A DNA stretch of 38,090 bases from Candidatus Fermentibacterota bacterium (GCA_016928395.1 JAFGKV010000225.1:1-38090); one strand, 5' to 3'; shown: positions 26,702 to 37,366, numbered from the stretch's first letter. Numbers and translations are program-made. Notes: generated from the letters alone by a model not told the origin.

Positions 26702-27033
26702 GGTCAGGCCCCCAGCATCCGGTGGTGCTGGACCACGCCCAGCATCCAACGGTTAGCGGCGTGGGGTATGATCCGTTGGTGGTCTTGGCAATCCGCCGCC
26801 TGTGGGTGCTGGACCAAGCTTTGACATGTGACAAATCTGCCATATGGTGCGAGCACACGGAACTATGCAAACCCAGGGCTTTCGTGCTCCTACCAGGCTC
26901 TCCGGACAGGTCGTAGGAGCCCCGGCGATGATGCGGTCACCAGGGGGTGACCCATCACCGAGGCGGCAGTCTTCCGTCGGCAGTAGGCAATCAGGCAGCG
27001 GAGACAGCAGGAAGCACGACATCCGAGAGACTG

Positions 27034-27372
27034 TCATCTGCCGATGATCTCATTCAGGCCGTCCACCAGGTGATCCAACTCTTCGGGAGTGATGCGTCCG
27101 ATTCGCTCGCCCAGGCGGTCAACCGATAAGGTGCGGATCTGGCTGATCTTCACCCATGACCGCTTCGGCATGCACGCGATATCCAGCTCTCGCGTCAGGG
27201 GGAATCCTGCGCGTTGCGGCTGACTGGTGATGGCCATTGCGATCACTGTGCCGGACCGCTCGTTGAAGACATCGTGGCTCAGCACGAGCACCGGCCTCAC
27301 ACCAGCCTGCTCACGTCCCCTGACTGGATTCAGATCAGCCCAGCGTATCTCACCCCTCAGTATGGGGGCCAT
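27034..27372 (-). CDS. mazF: MazF/PemK-family toxin
   Basis: [27 protein letters not shown]...FN...ITSQ...SQIRTLS..RL. Confidence 0.93.
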   Translation of the reverse strand: MAPILRGEIRWADLNPVRGREQAGVRPVLVLSHDVFNERSGTVIAMAITSQPQRAGFPLTRELDIACMPKRSWVKISQIRTLSVDRLGERIGRITPEELDHLVDGLNEIIGR

Positions 27373-27599
27373 TGGCCGATCTCCTCACCCATCCCTTCTT
27401 CAGCCAATGCCTGCTCAAAGGCGGGGTCGAGCTTCGAGCATTCCGAGGCTAATCGGCTTCGCTTCATCCGATCCAGCTTCTCCTGGACTGCCTGCTGGAT
27501 TGCCCTGCTCCGGTTGGGAAACACAGCCTCACGAACAAGCCTGTCGAGTTCAGTCAGTGTAGTCTCCTCGATCGTGACGGCGACCTTGGCGGTAGCCAT
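27357..27599 (-). CDS. Ribbon-helix-helix antitoxin
   Basis: KVAVTIEE...ELDRLV...[23 protein letters not shown]; overlaps mazF. Confidence 0.9.
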   Translation of the reverse strand: MATAKVAVTIEETTLTELDRLVREAVFPNRSRAIQQAVQEKLDRMKRSRLASECSKLDPAFEQALAEEGMGEEIGQWPPY

Positions 27600-27622
27600 T
27601 GAATCCTCCTTGGTGAAAGTCA

Positions 27623-27656
27623 GTATGACGATATATCATACCACGAGGCTTGTCAA
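27623..27656 (-). promoter_or_regulatory. sigma70 promoter and operator of the RHH-mazF operon
   Basis: Minus strand TTGACA (27656-27651), 17 bp, TATCGT (27633-27628), overlapped by inverted repeat GTATGA-N7-TCATAC (27623-27641). Confidence 0.75.
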
Positions 27657-27703
27657 GCACGTCACACGTGGTGTCACCACTGGTTTCATAGTGGACAGCA
27701 GCG

Positions 27704-27900
27704 GTAACAGTTTCGCGGAATCCGGAGGGAGTCAGGAGGAGTCGAAGGCGGGGATAGGGCAGGGTCGTAGAGGGCATGGTGCGGAGTGGAGTGGCCATGG
27801 AGGAGGAGGGTTGTGAAGAGCTGGATGGGGTCGCTGTGTTGGCGTTTGGCGGTGGTGAGGAGGGTGAGATTGGCGGCCAAGGCCTGAGTGAGCGGTGCGG
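27704..27900 (-). mobile_element. Probable IS66-family 3'-end remnant
   Basis: Encodes TQALAANLTLLTTAKRQHSDPIQLFTTLL, resembling the IS66 TnpC C-terminus. Ends in GTAACAGTTTC (plus strand 27704), like GTAA-starting IS66 inverted repeats. Strong local strand skew. Confidence 0.5.
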
Positions 27901-28009
27901 GGGCAGGCCTTTACATGTGACGAATCTGATGTGTGGTGCGAGGCGGTGACAGTATGTGAGATAAGGACTTTTGGGCTCCCGGCGGGCTCTACGGACAGGC
28001 GGGCGAAGT

Positions 28010-28055
28010 CGGATCGACTCACGGCTATCAGCTATCAGCTAGCAGCTATCGGCTG
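28010..28055 (+). repeat. GCTATCA heptamer repeat element
   Basis: ggatcgactcacggctatcagct is shared with 24496-24518; a related heptamer run lies at 37270-37325. Confidence 0.7.
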
Positions 28056-29201
28056 AGGGCTGGCATCAGGGTGAATCCCAACACTTACCGCCCCCGCCCG
28101 TACGAACCAGCCGAGGAGCTAGTGAAACGGGGACTAGGGTCAAGTCCTGCTTCTTGATGTGTAGGCGAGGGAGTCTACGTGGCGCGCGGCACGCTGGAGA
28201 GACCGCACCTTCATGAGAGAATCAGAGAACAGGTCACAGAATACGCAGAAGTATAGGCCTCTTCGGGCCCTGAAGGGCAACAGAGTCACCCAAGTCTCCC
28301 ACTCTCCCGCCCACCTCCCCGAGTGATTCCATGAGGTGCCGCCGTCGCAGGCATAGTCGCACGGCGCAAAGTCGTCTCATGCTGGAGGTCTCGCGCTCGA
28401 ATCCAGTCCGATGGTCCCTCCGCTGCGTGAACGGGCAACCGCACCTGTGTTCCTTATGTCGTGCTTGGTCCTGCACCGCTGGATGCTGGGGCTTCGGGCT
28501 TCGGTTTTCCCGCGAAGCGGTCCTCTTGACGATCCAACAACTCACCCGTTCGTTCGTGTTGTCCTGTCTCGACACTCATCTTAACCTGGGGGCAGAGATG
28601 GACGCGAGCGGATCTCAGGCACATTCGTGGCAGTTGATCACACGTCCGTCGGCGCGGAGGGTTCCCACTCGATTCAGGGCGTTCACACCCCGCAACCCAA
28701 TACCTGAACTGAACCTCTCCTCGGCTGTCCCGGTGTCTTCAGATCTTCCGCTCTCGGACACAGAATCCGGGGGTCTGTGCGTGGGTGGCCGTCGGGCTCA
28801 GGCCTGGTCCGATCATGGTGTGTGCAGCCGTTCTCTGACCTCCAGAGCCCTGGGCTGTGGGGTCAGGTGTCAGGAGAGGCGTCGAAGCTGCTCAGCAGTC
28901 CGCACCAGGCAATAGGCAGTGGGACCCCGGCCCCAGCATCCAACGATGCTCGACCAACGGCGAACTGCGAGAGGGACGATCTCGGCAGAAGCCGCTTTCC
29001 GAGTGCGGCCACTGAGGGATCTGCCAAAGCGTGACTTCGAGGTGCTATGTGCCGGCTCTCTGACGAGCTGCATAACAGGCTGGCTTGCGCGGCCGGATTG
29101 CCGTGAGTACCCTCAAGAAGATCTTTAAAAGAACTCTTGCGGAATTTCATCCATGGTGTAGTATGGTCCCGTCAGCGATCAAACAGAGGAGGACAGCGAT
29201 C

Positions 29202-30551
29202 TTGGTTCCGAAGACTGACTGCGATCCGCGTGGCTGCTCAGCCGGATCAGGACTCGAACGCGAGGACCTTCCCCGTTTCGGCGGTCTCGATGGCCCAGTA
29301 CGCGCGGGATCCATTGCCGATCTGGGCCGCCGGATCGCGAAGGTTGCCGACGCGCTGCTAGGATCCCTGCCTCAGGTGCTCCAGTCGGCCGCGGGAAGCA
29401 GCACACGGCCATCGCGGCTTGTGCGCGAGCTTTCCCTTGACAAGTCGCTGGCCAGCCGCCTGGTCCGCAGCCTCCGCGCAGAATCCCCGCTGCAGCTTGC
29501 GCACCTCGCTCCATCCCCCATCGGTCTACGGATCGTTCTCGATGCCGCTGAGTCCAGGGGTGTAGACGCAACGCTCATCACCCGCGCCCGGGGCGCGGTG
29601 AGCGAGTTCGAGAATCTCCTGGAGGACATGCCCGGCGGGCGAAGTAGTCTTGATGCGCTCCTCTCCACCGCCGTCCCGGAAGTAAAGGAACGAACCGAGC
29701 TGAGCGCCAAGCAGACCGTCTATCGGGCGATGAAGCAGCTTCTGGGACTGCACTGCGAGACGAACACCACCGCGCTCATCCTGCAGCCGTCAGACTCAGA
29801 TCCGCGGTTCGCCGACGCCATCGATCTCCAGCAACGGCTGGGAATCTGCCACCTGCGGCCTCACACGCCAGTGGCGCTCCACTCCGCCACCTACGGGACC
29901 GAGGGAGGCGGAGAAGGCCCGCGAATGGAGACCATCCAGGGCGCCGTCCCGCAAAGGGGGGTGGAAACTTTCCTGCTTCCTGAGTTCTGCACCCAGCCTC
30001 TCCCGGCGATGTGCATGTACCACGAGGGTCCCCACACCATTCTCGCCCTCGACGAACGCAAGGTGCGGCTTCACTCGCCCATCACCATCACCACCGGGTT
30101 CATCGTGCGCAATGGGTTTCTGCGCCACGCGCAACCTGACGTGTGGGAGGAGTGGCGCTGCTACCTCCTGGCCTATCCGTCCAGAATGATGGTGCGTGAT
30201 CTGTACATTCGGGATGACCTCTACGTCGGATCGATGCCAGAGGTCCGGCTGGAGTTTCCCCTGCCCCCCGGCGCCAAGAGGATTCACTCCAAGGATCTTC
30301 CCACACGCCTGACGCAACTGGACCTGTCCGCCCCGGTGCAGCAGCTCGGGCGCGGCCTGTTCCAGGCCGCCATCGCGGGTGTTCCCAGGCACGCCCGGAT
30401 TCTTGCCTACGCCTTCGAGCAGGCGGGGTGGGACCCCGCTCGCTTTCGCGGGTATCGGTGTCGGATCCCCTATCCCGTTCCGATGATCTCGACGGGATGG
30501 TGGATTCCTCTGCCGCAAGAGCCCCGCCGCTCCACGCGGGCGGGCCCATGA
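29202..30551 (+). CDS. Uncharacterised cytoplasmic protein with putative N-terminal HTH
   Basis: Long ORF; GAGGAGG RBS before TTG 29202; HTH-like RPSRLVRELSLDKSLASRLVRSL; beta-rich C-terminal half ending FRGYRCRIPYP. Confidence 0.7.
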   Translation: MVPKTDCDPRGCSAGSGLEREDLPRFGGLDGPVRAGSIADLGRRIAKVADALLGSLPQVLQSAAGSSTRPSRLVRELSLDKSLASRLVRSLRAESPLQLAHLAPSPIGLRIVLDAAESRGVDATLITRARGAVSEFENLLEDMPGGRSSLDALLSTAVPEVKERTELSAKQTVYRAMKQLLGLHCETNTTALILQPSDSDPRFADAIDLQQRLGICHLRPHTPVALHSATYGTEGGGEGPRMETIQGAVPQRGVETFLLPEFCTQPLPAMCMYHEGPHTILALDERKVRLHSPITITTGFIVRNGFLRHAQPDVWEEWRCYLLAYPSRMMVRDLYIRDDLYVGSMPEVRLEFPLPPGAKRIHSKDLPTRLTQLDLSAPVQQLGRGLFQAAIAGVPRHARILAYAFEQAGWDPARFRGYRCRIPYPVPMISTGWWIPLPQEPRRSTRAGP

Positions 30552-30680
30552 GGGGAGCGCGGCTCACGGTGCGCCCCGTTTCATGGTTATGGAGTCACTG
30601 AGTCGCGTGAGATCGTCCGGAGATAATGATCGCCGGGCTGGAGATAGAAGCGATCGGGTTCAACCATCTCTCAGGAGGTA

Positions 30681-32408
30681 GTGGCAATGAAACGCGTCAC
30701 CGGAATCTGTTCAATCGGGCTGATCGTCCTGCTCGCGGCCGGGGTCAATCCCGCGGCCGCCCAGTGGCCTGATGATCCGGCGGTCAATCTCGCGATCGCC
30801 GACAATGGCTCGGGCGATCAGTCGGTGCCCAAGGTCGCCACCGAACAGGGCGGGGGCTGCTATGTCGGTTGGTATGACAACTCCCGTACGGGGAACTACG
30901 ACGTGTACCTGCAGCGGCTGGACGAGACCGGCACGGAGATGTGGCCCCACAACGGGATCTGCATCAGCAATCACCCGCAGAACAGCTGGCTCACCGATTG
31001 GGACCTGATCGCCGATTCCCAGGGCAACTGTATCCTGGCCTTCAACGACATCCGCGATGGGGCTGATTGGGACATCTTCGTCTACAAGATCGATTCAGAC
31101 GGGAACCAGCTCTGGGGCTCTGACGGGCAGGCGGTCTCAGCGGGCGATGCCCTCGATGAGGTGACTCCCTCCCTGGCCGAGGCCTCCGACGGAGACATCG
31201 TGGTCGCCTGGTGCCGGATGGAGGCGCCGGGAGCCATCAGAATGCAGCGTCTCGCGCCTGACGGCACGTGGCGTTTTCCCACCGGACCAATCTCGGTGGT
31301 CGTCGGCTCGGGCACCGCAGTCCCGGCGTTCCCGGACGTCATCCCCTCCCTCAACGGGGACGTGATCGTCTCCTACGTCCGCGACATCAGCTCCTACGCC
31401 AGCCCGCGGCACTTCCTGGCTCAGCGATTCTCCCCCGCGGGTGCGGCCGTCTGGGCGTCGACCGTGGGCATCATGGACGATACCTCCCTGCCCATGGGGT
31501 ATCAGCCCACCATCCAACCGGACGGTTTCGGTGGCTTGGTCACTGCGTGGCACCGCAGCCCTGGTTCGTATTTCAGCTCCCTGGTTCAACATGTCGATGC
31601 CCAGGGAGTCGAGCTCTGGGCCCATAACGGCATCCTCGTGTCCACCCAGGGCGCGCAGCACATCATTGATCCTGCGTACTGCTATGACCCCGCCGAAAGC
31701 CTGCTCTACGTGTTCTGGAACCAGCGCAACGCCAACCAGACCGCCTGGGGGATCTACGGGCAGAAGATGACCTCCGCTGGGGCGCGGGCGTGGACTGACC
31801 TAGGCCTGATGGTGCTCCCGGTCAACACCACCTACAAGTCGTTCCCTCGAGTGCTCCAATGCGGTTCCGACGCGATCCTATTCGTAGCCGAAGGGTCCTC
31901 GGTTGCGGCGCAACTCATCGGTCGGCGGATCACTCCGGCCGGATCCGATGCATGGCCGGCGCCAGTCACGGTCTCTTCCTACCCAAGTTCGAAGAGCCGG
32001 TTGCCGGTGACCATCAACGGGTCGGGCATGAGCGTGATCATCTGGGAGGATGAGCGCAGCGGAAATGCGGATGTCTATGGACAGAATCTCAATGCCGATG
32101 GGACGCTTGGCGTTGAGTCAACACTCCCTGCGCCGGTGATCACCAGCATCACTGCGGTTGGGGGCACGGTATATATCGTATGGAATCCTGTTCCCGGCGC
32201 ACTCTCGTACCAGATGCAGTCCTCGGTGAACCCCTATGCTGCCTTTGCGACCGACGAGACCGGAGTATTCGCCGATACGACCTGGTCGGCGCTTCCGAAT
32301 GGCGAGACGCGGTTCTACCGTGTGAGTGCGGTGGCGGATCCCGAGGTGAGCGATCCCTCCAACGTAGTCGGCTACGAGCAATTCACGGTGGAGGACGGAC
32401 CGAACTAG
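30681..32408 (+). CDS. Secreted repeat (beta-propeller-like) protein with C-terminal FN3-like domain
   Basis: AGGAGG RBS, signal peptide (AAA-Q), repeats of D..GG..V.W.D.R...DVY.QR.D..G...W..NG, C-terminal PAPVITSI...WNPVPGALSY...FYRVSA. Confidence 0.82.
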   Translation: MAMKRVTGICSIGLIVLLAAGVNPAAAQWPDDPAVNLAIADNGSGDQSVPKVATEQGGGCYVGWYDNSRTGNYDVYLQRLDETGTEMWPHNGICISNHPQNSWLTDWDLIADSQGNCILAFNDIRDGADWDIFVYKIDSDGNQLWGSDGQAVSAGDALDEVTPSLAEASDGDIVVAWCRMEAPGAIRMQRLAPDGTWRFPTGPISVVVGSGTAVPAFPDVIPSLNGDVIVSYVRDISSYASPRHFLAQRFSPAGAAVWASTVGIMDDTSLPMGYQPTIQPDGFGGLVTAWHRSPGSYFSSLVQHVDAQGVELWAHNGILVSTQGAQHIIDPAYCYDPAESLLYVFWNQRNANQTAWGIYGQKMTSAGARAWTDLGLMVLPVNTTYKSFPRVLQCGSDAILFVAEGSSVAAQLIGRRITPAGSDAWPAPVTVSSYPSSKSRLPVTINGSGMSVIIWEDERSGNADVYGQNLNADGTLGVESTLPAPVITSITAVGGTVYIVWNPVPGALSYQMQSSVNPYAAFATDETGVFADTTWSALPNGETRFYRVSAVADPEVSDPSNVVGYEQFTVEDGPN

Positions 32409-32619
32409 TCACACAGCAGGCGAGCGCCATGTGAACCCGGTCTGTGGCGCCCTGGTGGCGCTCTGGGTACGTTGGTAAGATGGCAAACTGCTGACTCAAC
32501 CGGAGATGCACAAAGCCCTTCCGCGGCGAAATGAGGCGCTGTGCGCGATCGCTGATGCGATCAAGAAGAGGGTGACGAAGGCATCCGCCCGCGCCGCATC
32601 GGTTGACGCAATCCACCCT

Positions 32620-32964
32620 CGCGAAGGCAGCACTGAAGCCACCGGGGATGCCTTCTAAGGCGTACGCATCGGCGATGCAGACCTCAACGTTGGCCAGGTG
32701 TCCACACCGCTCCCGTGTCATGGACACCAAGGCAGGGTCGGCATCGATGGCCAGAATCGAATGGGCAGTCTCGCCAACAGCCGCGGTCCAATAGCCTGTT
32801 CCGCACGCGATCTCCAGCACGCGATGCCCCTCGAATCGCTTCCGGTATCGCTCCTTGATCGGCTCACGCAACCTCTCCGCTTCGGGATCGAGATAGCCCG
32901 CGGTCTCATCGTACCAAGGCGCACGAGCCGCGTAGTACCGAGCCACGTCGTCACTCAACGACAC
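32620..32964 (-). pseudogene. C-terminally truncated class I SAM-dependent methyltransferase
   Basis: YYAARAPWYD, VLEIACGTGYWT, AIDAD, ADAY and FSAAFA motifs; the sequence then abruptly loses methyltransferase character. Confidence 0.75.
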
Positions 32965-32991
32965 TATCAATTCCTGCCACGTTCGATGGCG

Positions 32992-35900
32992 TCATCCCGG
33001 CGATCCCGATACTCGCTCCCACTCGCGCAAGAGCTCCCGATGAAGGGGCACTTTCTCAAGATAGGAGCGTTCCAGGTCGGTTCCTGAGAGGGTGTTCGCA
33101 CGCGCTCGAACCAGACCGACGGCTTGTTCCAGTAGCCCTTTAGCCCGTGGGTCGCCAACGGTGTTCAGCACTTTGCAGCACTCAAATCGGATTGAGAGTA
33201 CATCGGTCTCACCGGGGACACTCTTGGACGCGAGTTGACTCAGGGCCATCTCGGCGTGGCTCAGCGCCCCGGGGAAGTCACCCAGGGAGCACAGCGTCAC
33301 AGCGAGACCAGCGCGGATCCCCACACACTGAGACTCAAGGTCAGGCGTCGAGGCGCCTTCGAGTGCCTGTCCAAACGTCGCCGCTGCCTCCTCCAGTCGG
33401 CCCATCGCGAGTTTGGCGTGCCCCAGTTCTTGCAGCGCCAGGATCCGCTCGACAGGAAGCTCGATGCTTTCGGCGGCCTGGAGGGCTCGCCGACTGAGCT
33501 GCTCGGCCTGGTCAAGGTCAGCCGTGTTCATCGCAGCTCGTGCCAGCGACCGATATATGCTGGGGACGTTGCGCCGGAACCCGCTGGTGCGGCCCAGCGT
33601 GAGGGCCTCCTCCAGGAATGCCCCTCCCTCCTCGTATCTGCCGCACGTGATGGTCAAATCCCCAAGATTGGTCAAGGCAATACCGACACCTCGATCATCG
33701 CCCATGTGTCGATACAGCTCCACTGCGTTTCGGGCGCACGCCAAGGCAGCGCCCAAATCCCCAATCGCTTGGTTGACCACCATGAGATTGGAGACCGCCG
33801 CTGCTTCACCCTGACGGTGGCCGATCTCACGGCTGATCGTCAGGGAGCATTCGAACCGGTCCTTGGCACTCGTGAAATCTCCCCGCTGAAACGCAACCCC
33901 ACCCAGCATCTTGAGGGCGTTGGCTTCGCCGTGCCGCTCGCGGAGCTCTCGCTTGATGCGAAGGGCCTCTTCAAGCCATGCCTCTGCCTGGTCATAGCTG
34001 CCATTGTCGAGTGCGCACATGCCCACATTGAGCAGTGCCCCGCCCTCCCCACGGCGATCCCCGATCTCCCGGAACGTCTCCAGCGCCTGCACGAGCAAAT
34101 CGTTAGCACTGCTCGAGTCGCCCTGCGCCCGGGCACTTAGGGCGATGTTCGAAAGAAGGCCGCCCTCCATCCGCCCATCTGCCCTACGCCTCGCAATAGC
34201 GAGCGCGCGGGTTGACAAATCGATCGATTCACCGGCCCGACCGCGATCCCATGCAAGAAGCCCCAGACTCATGAGTATTCTCGCTTTCGCGTCCTCGGCC
34301 TTGTCCTGAGAGACCGACGGAACCTGCCCTGGAATACCGTTCTCACGTGACACCCATCCGCTCATGTTGCGCTCGACAGCGTCAAGCGCATCTCGCATGT
34401 GCTCCTCTGCCTCGTCATAGCGAGCCAGGAGCATGAGGCACCGACCCCAATGCAGAAGCCCGTCGGCTTGCTCCAGCGGATCCCCGGCCGTGCGGGCGTG
34501 CTCGAGTGCGACGCGGGCTGCGGCAACACCGCCCGCATAGTCGCCGGTGGCCTGAGAGTAGTCGGCCCTCCGATTAGCAGTCACTGCCAGCATGCGATCA
34601 TCTGATAGGGCAGTCGCCACCGTCTCCATTTCCACGAGGTCGGAAAGCTGGGCGTCGCGGGCACCTAAGAGATTGCGGGCTCTTTCCCGCGCCAGAAGAA
34701 TCTCGAAACGTCGTGCGGGGTCATTGGGAGAGAGGATATCGAGTGCTCGGCAGAAGAACACCACAGCCTCCGCATTCGCGAACCGAGCAATAGCCGATCG
34801 TCCCGCAGCAACGAAGCGATCAATGGCCTCCTCAGTCCTCCCGGCCAGAAGCAGGTGTTCGGCAACAATGGCAGCATACTCTTCCTCCCTATCGCCACAC
34901 CGCGCTGCAAGCCACTCCGCAGCTCGTGCGTGATAGCCGGGTCTCTCTCGCTTCAATACGCTTTCGTAGGCAACATCATGCAACAGGGCATGCTTGAAGA
35001 TGTACTGGGATGTCTCGGAAAAAGACGAGGGGTGCTGCTCGAACACCAGAAGTCTACCGCAGAGACTCCCGATGGCCTGTTCCAGAGATGCACACGACCC
35101 ATCGTCTCGCGGACTCACCAGAAACGAAATGGCATCACTCCAGAACACCCGACCAATGACCGCGGCACACTGGAGGATTCGTCGCTCGAGGGGTGTCAGC
35201 GCGTCGACCCGAGCCTGGAGAATGCCTATCAGGGTGGTCGGCACTCGCTCCAAGTCCTTGCATTGGACCATTGTGTCCCAGCCGGCGTCGCTTCGCCTGA
35301 GCCCACCACCTTCCATGAGCATTCGTACCAGTTCTTCGAGAAAGAGGGGATTGCCTTCAGCTCTCTCCGCAATCATATCGATCAGATACGAGGGGGCTTC
35401 CTCGGGTTCTTGCAGGAGCCCCTTCAAGAGCTGACGACTTCCTTCATCCGAGAGCGGCGCCAGCTCAACAATCGCCTGAGGATCGCCGTCCTCTCCCCAC
35501 GAGGGCCGATGCTCGAACAGACTCGGCCTGGCGGTGCTCACGATAAACACGGCGCCTCTGGCGGTCGCCATCACTCGCTCGACAAAAGACAGCGAACTCT
35601 CATCTGCCCAATGGAGGTCCTCGAGCAGGACTATTACCGGCTGCCGTCTCGCTTCCTCCGTGATGAACAGGCTCACGTCGCGGGTCGCCCGATCCCAGAT
35701 CTCCCGGGGATCGGAGGCCTGGCGGAGAGGAGAGGCTTCGTCACGGCCGAAGCCCAAGAGCTGCGCGATGAGCGCGACTCGTGCCGTGTACTCCCCCTCG
35801 TGTCCAAGCATCGATGACACCCCATGCGCGACTTTCTCCTGGGCGATGCGGCGGCTATCGCTCTCCCGAATGCCGAAACGGGACACCAGCAGATCGCGGA

Positions 35901-36870
35901 TGAGACCGTAGGGAGTGTGCATCGTGCGAAGCATCGCACGACCTCTGAACAAGGAATAAGCATCCGGATGCAGCTTGAGGGACGTATCGAACTCCTTGAT
36001 AAGGCGGGACTTCCCCACACCGGCATCTCCAACGACGGTAACGGCCTGCGGTCGTCCATTACGGATAGTTGAGTCGAGGGCGTGCTTCAGATACTGGAGC
36101 TCCTTGTCCCTTCCGATCATGGGTGGCATGATGTTGGTAAATCCCCTGTCAGAGCGCCAGAAGGCTTTCTCCCTGGTGCCAAGTACCAGATATCCCGGGA
36201 TCTCCTGTTCTTTGCCTTTGAGTGACAGCGAACCGGCAGGAGCCGCACTGAACAGATCCTCTACCTGACGGTACGTGTCCTGCGAGATCAGGATCTCGCC
36301 GACTGGACACATCTGCTGCAGGCGACTGGCGGTATTGACCGTGTCTCCGAACACCGAATGCCCCTCGATTCCCCCGTCGACGGCGGCTGATACCACCACC
36401 GGACCGGTGGTGATGCCGACGCGCATGGCAAGTGATACCCCATGGGACTGGCGCAGCTGCTCATTGAGCGAGATCAGCGTGTTCCGCATGGCCAAGGCCG
36501 CCATGATTGCGCGCTCAGGATCATCTTCGCGAGCGATTGGCACGCCGAACACCGCCATGACCGCATCGCCAATGAACTTCTCGACCACCCCGCCCTGGCA
36601 TGCAATGGCCTCCTGCCACCGCGAGAAGTAGGCGCCCATCACCGCGCTGACATCCTCCGGATCCCTGCCTTCGGCCAGCGAGGTGAACCCTTCCACGTCC
36701 GCGAAAAGCACGGTGACCTGCTTGCGCTGTTCCTCGATCCCCGATCCCTCGAACGACTTCAGTCGCTTCCTCAGGCCCGCCAGGGCCGCGCCAACTGCCG
36801 CATCACCCAACGTGTGGCGCTGCTGCTCCAAGGCATCCATCGCCTGCCTGATCTGCTCTCGTTCGTTCAC
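32992..36870 (-). CDS. Class III adenylate/guanylate cyclase - AAA/STAND ATPase - TPR protein
   Basis: VTVLFADVEGFT, EKFIGDAVMAVFG and GDTVNTASRL cyclase motifs; Walker A GDAGVGKS; LEDLHWAD; GNPLFLEE; many TPRs. Likely start GTG 36870 after GAGGGA. Confidence 0.95.
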   Translation of the reverse strand: MNEREQIRQAMDALEQQRHTLGDAAVGAALAGLRKRLKSFEGSGIEEQRKQVTVLFADVEGFTSLAEGRDPEDVSAVMGAYFSRWQEAIACQGGVVEKFIGDAVMAVFGVPIAREDDPERAIMAALAMRNTLISLNEQLRQSHGVSLAMRVGITTGPVVVSAAVDGGIEGHSVFGDTVNTASRLQQMCPVGEILISQDTYRQVEDLFSAAPAGSLSLKGKEQEIPGYLVLGTREKAFWRSDRGFTNIMPPMIGRDKELQYLKHALDSTIRNGRPQAVTVVGDAGVGKSRLIKEFDTSLKLHPDAYSLFRGRAMLRTMHTPYGLIRDLLVSRFGIRESDSRRIAQEKVAHGVSSMLGHEGEYTARVALIAQLLGFGRDEASPLRQASDPREIWDRATRDVSLFITEEARRQPVIVLLEDLHWADESSLSFVERVMATARGAVFIVSTARPSLFEHRPSWGEDGDPQAIVELAPLSDEGSRQLLKGLLQEPEEAPSYLIDMIAERAEGNPLFLEELVRMLMEGGGLRRSDAGWDTMVQCKDLERVPTTLIGILQARVDALTPLERRILQCAAVIGRVFWSDAISFLVSPRDDGSCASLEQAIGSLCGRLLVFEQHPSSFSETSQYIFKHALLHDVAYESVLKRERPGYHARAAEWLAARCGDREEEYAAIVAEHLLLAGRTEEAIDRFVAAGRSAIARFANAEAVVFFCRALDILSPNDPARRFEILLARERARNLLGARDAQLSDLVEMETVATALSDDRMLAVTANRRADYSQATGDYAGGVAAARVALEHARTAGDPLEQADGLLHWGRCLMLLARYDEAEEHMRDALDAVERNMSGWVSRENGIPGQVPSVSQDKAEDAKARILMSLGLLAWDRGRAGESIDLSTRALAIARRRADGRMEGGLLSNIALSARAQGDSSSANDLLVQALETFREIGDRRGEGGALLNVGMCALDNGSYDQAEAWLEEALRIKRELRERHGEANALKMLGGVAFQRGDFTSAKDRFECSLTISREIGHRQGEAAAVSNLMVVNQAIGDLGAALACARNAVELYRHMGDDRGVGIALTNLGDLTITCGRYEEGGAFLEEALTLGRTSGFRRNVPSIYRSLARAAMNTADLDQAEQLSRRALQAAESIELPVERILALQELGHAKLAMGRLEEAAATFGQALEGASTPDLESQCVGIRAGLAVTLCSLGDFPGALSHAEMALSQLASKSVPGETDVLSIRFECCKVLNTVGDPRAKGLLEQAVGLVRARANTLSGTDLERSYLEKVPLHRELLREWERVSGSPG

Positions 36871-37366
36871 CGGTTCCCTCACGGCCGCAGCTACCGGGGT
36901 GTGCGCGATGGCATACTGAGCCTGCAACCCCGTTGATCGCCCCGCAGCCTACGCGGCGAATTGGTCCGGCGCAAGTGCTCAGGGAGGTGGCGCGGGGGAG
37001 ATCACTGGAGCCCTTAGATGACGTGGAGCATCCCGAAAGACCTGGAGAGGCCAACGGTCTCGCGCAGGCGCCACGCCGCTGAGCTTGTCGTGGTCCCCGG
37101 GCTGATTTCGTAGTCTCTGGCCCGGTGTGGCGCCCCTTCCCCTGAAGTCGAGGGGGGGAGCCCCGCTTCGCTCGCAGCTTCTGGTCATGGGAGTTCTCAG
37201 TTATCAGTCCTCAGTAAGGCCTCTGGATGCGAGAGCACCCAGGTCTTTCGAGGTGGAGAGTACGGCCGGCCATCAGCTATCGGCTGTCCGCTATCGGCCA
37301 TCAGCTATCGGCTGTCAGCTGTCAGGCCCTCCCAGCGCTACGAAAAACCGTTGCCTCGCAGGCCTC

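Noticed and set aside
28234-28320. Possible Sir2-family C-terminal remnant (DSVALQGPKRPILLRIL*)
   Set aside because: The resemblance is too short and lacks diagnostic motifs.
3338-36936. Numerous overlapping or antisense ORFs in the six-frame track
   Set aside because: Shadow ORFs expected in high-GC DNA; no motifs, and they overlap well-supported genes.
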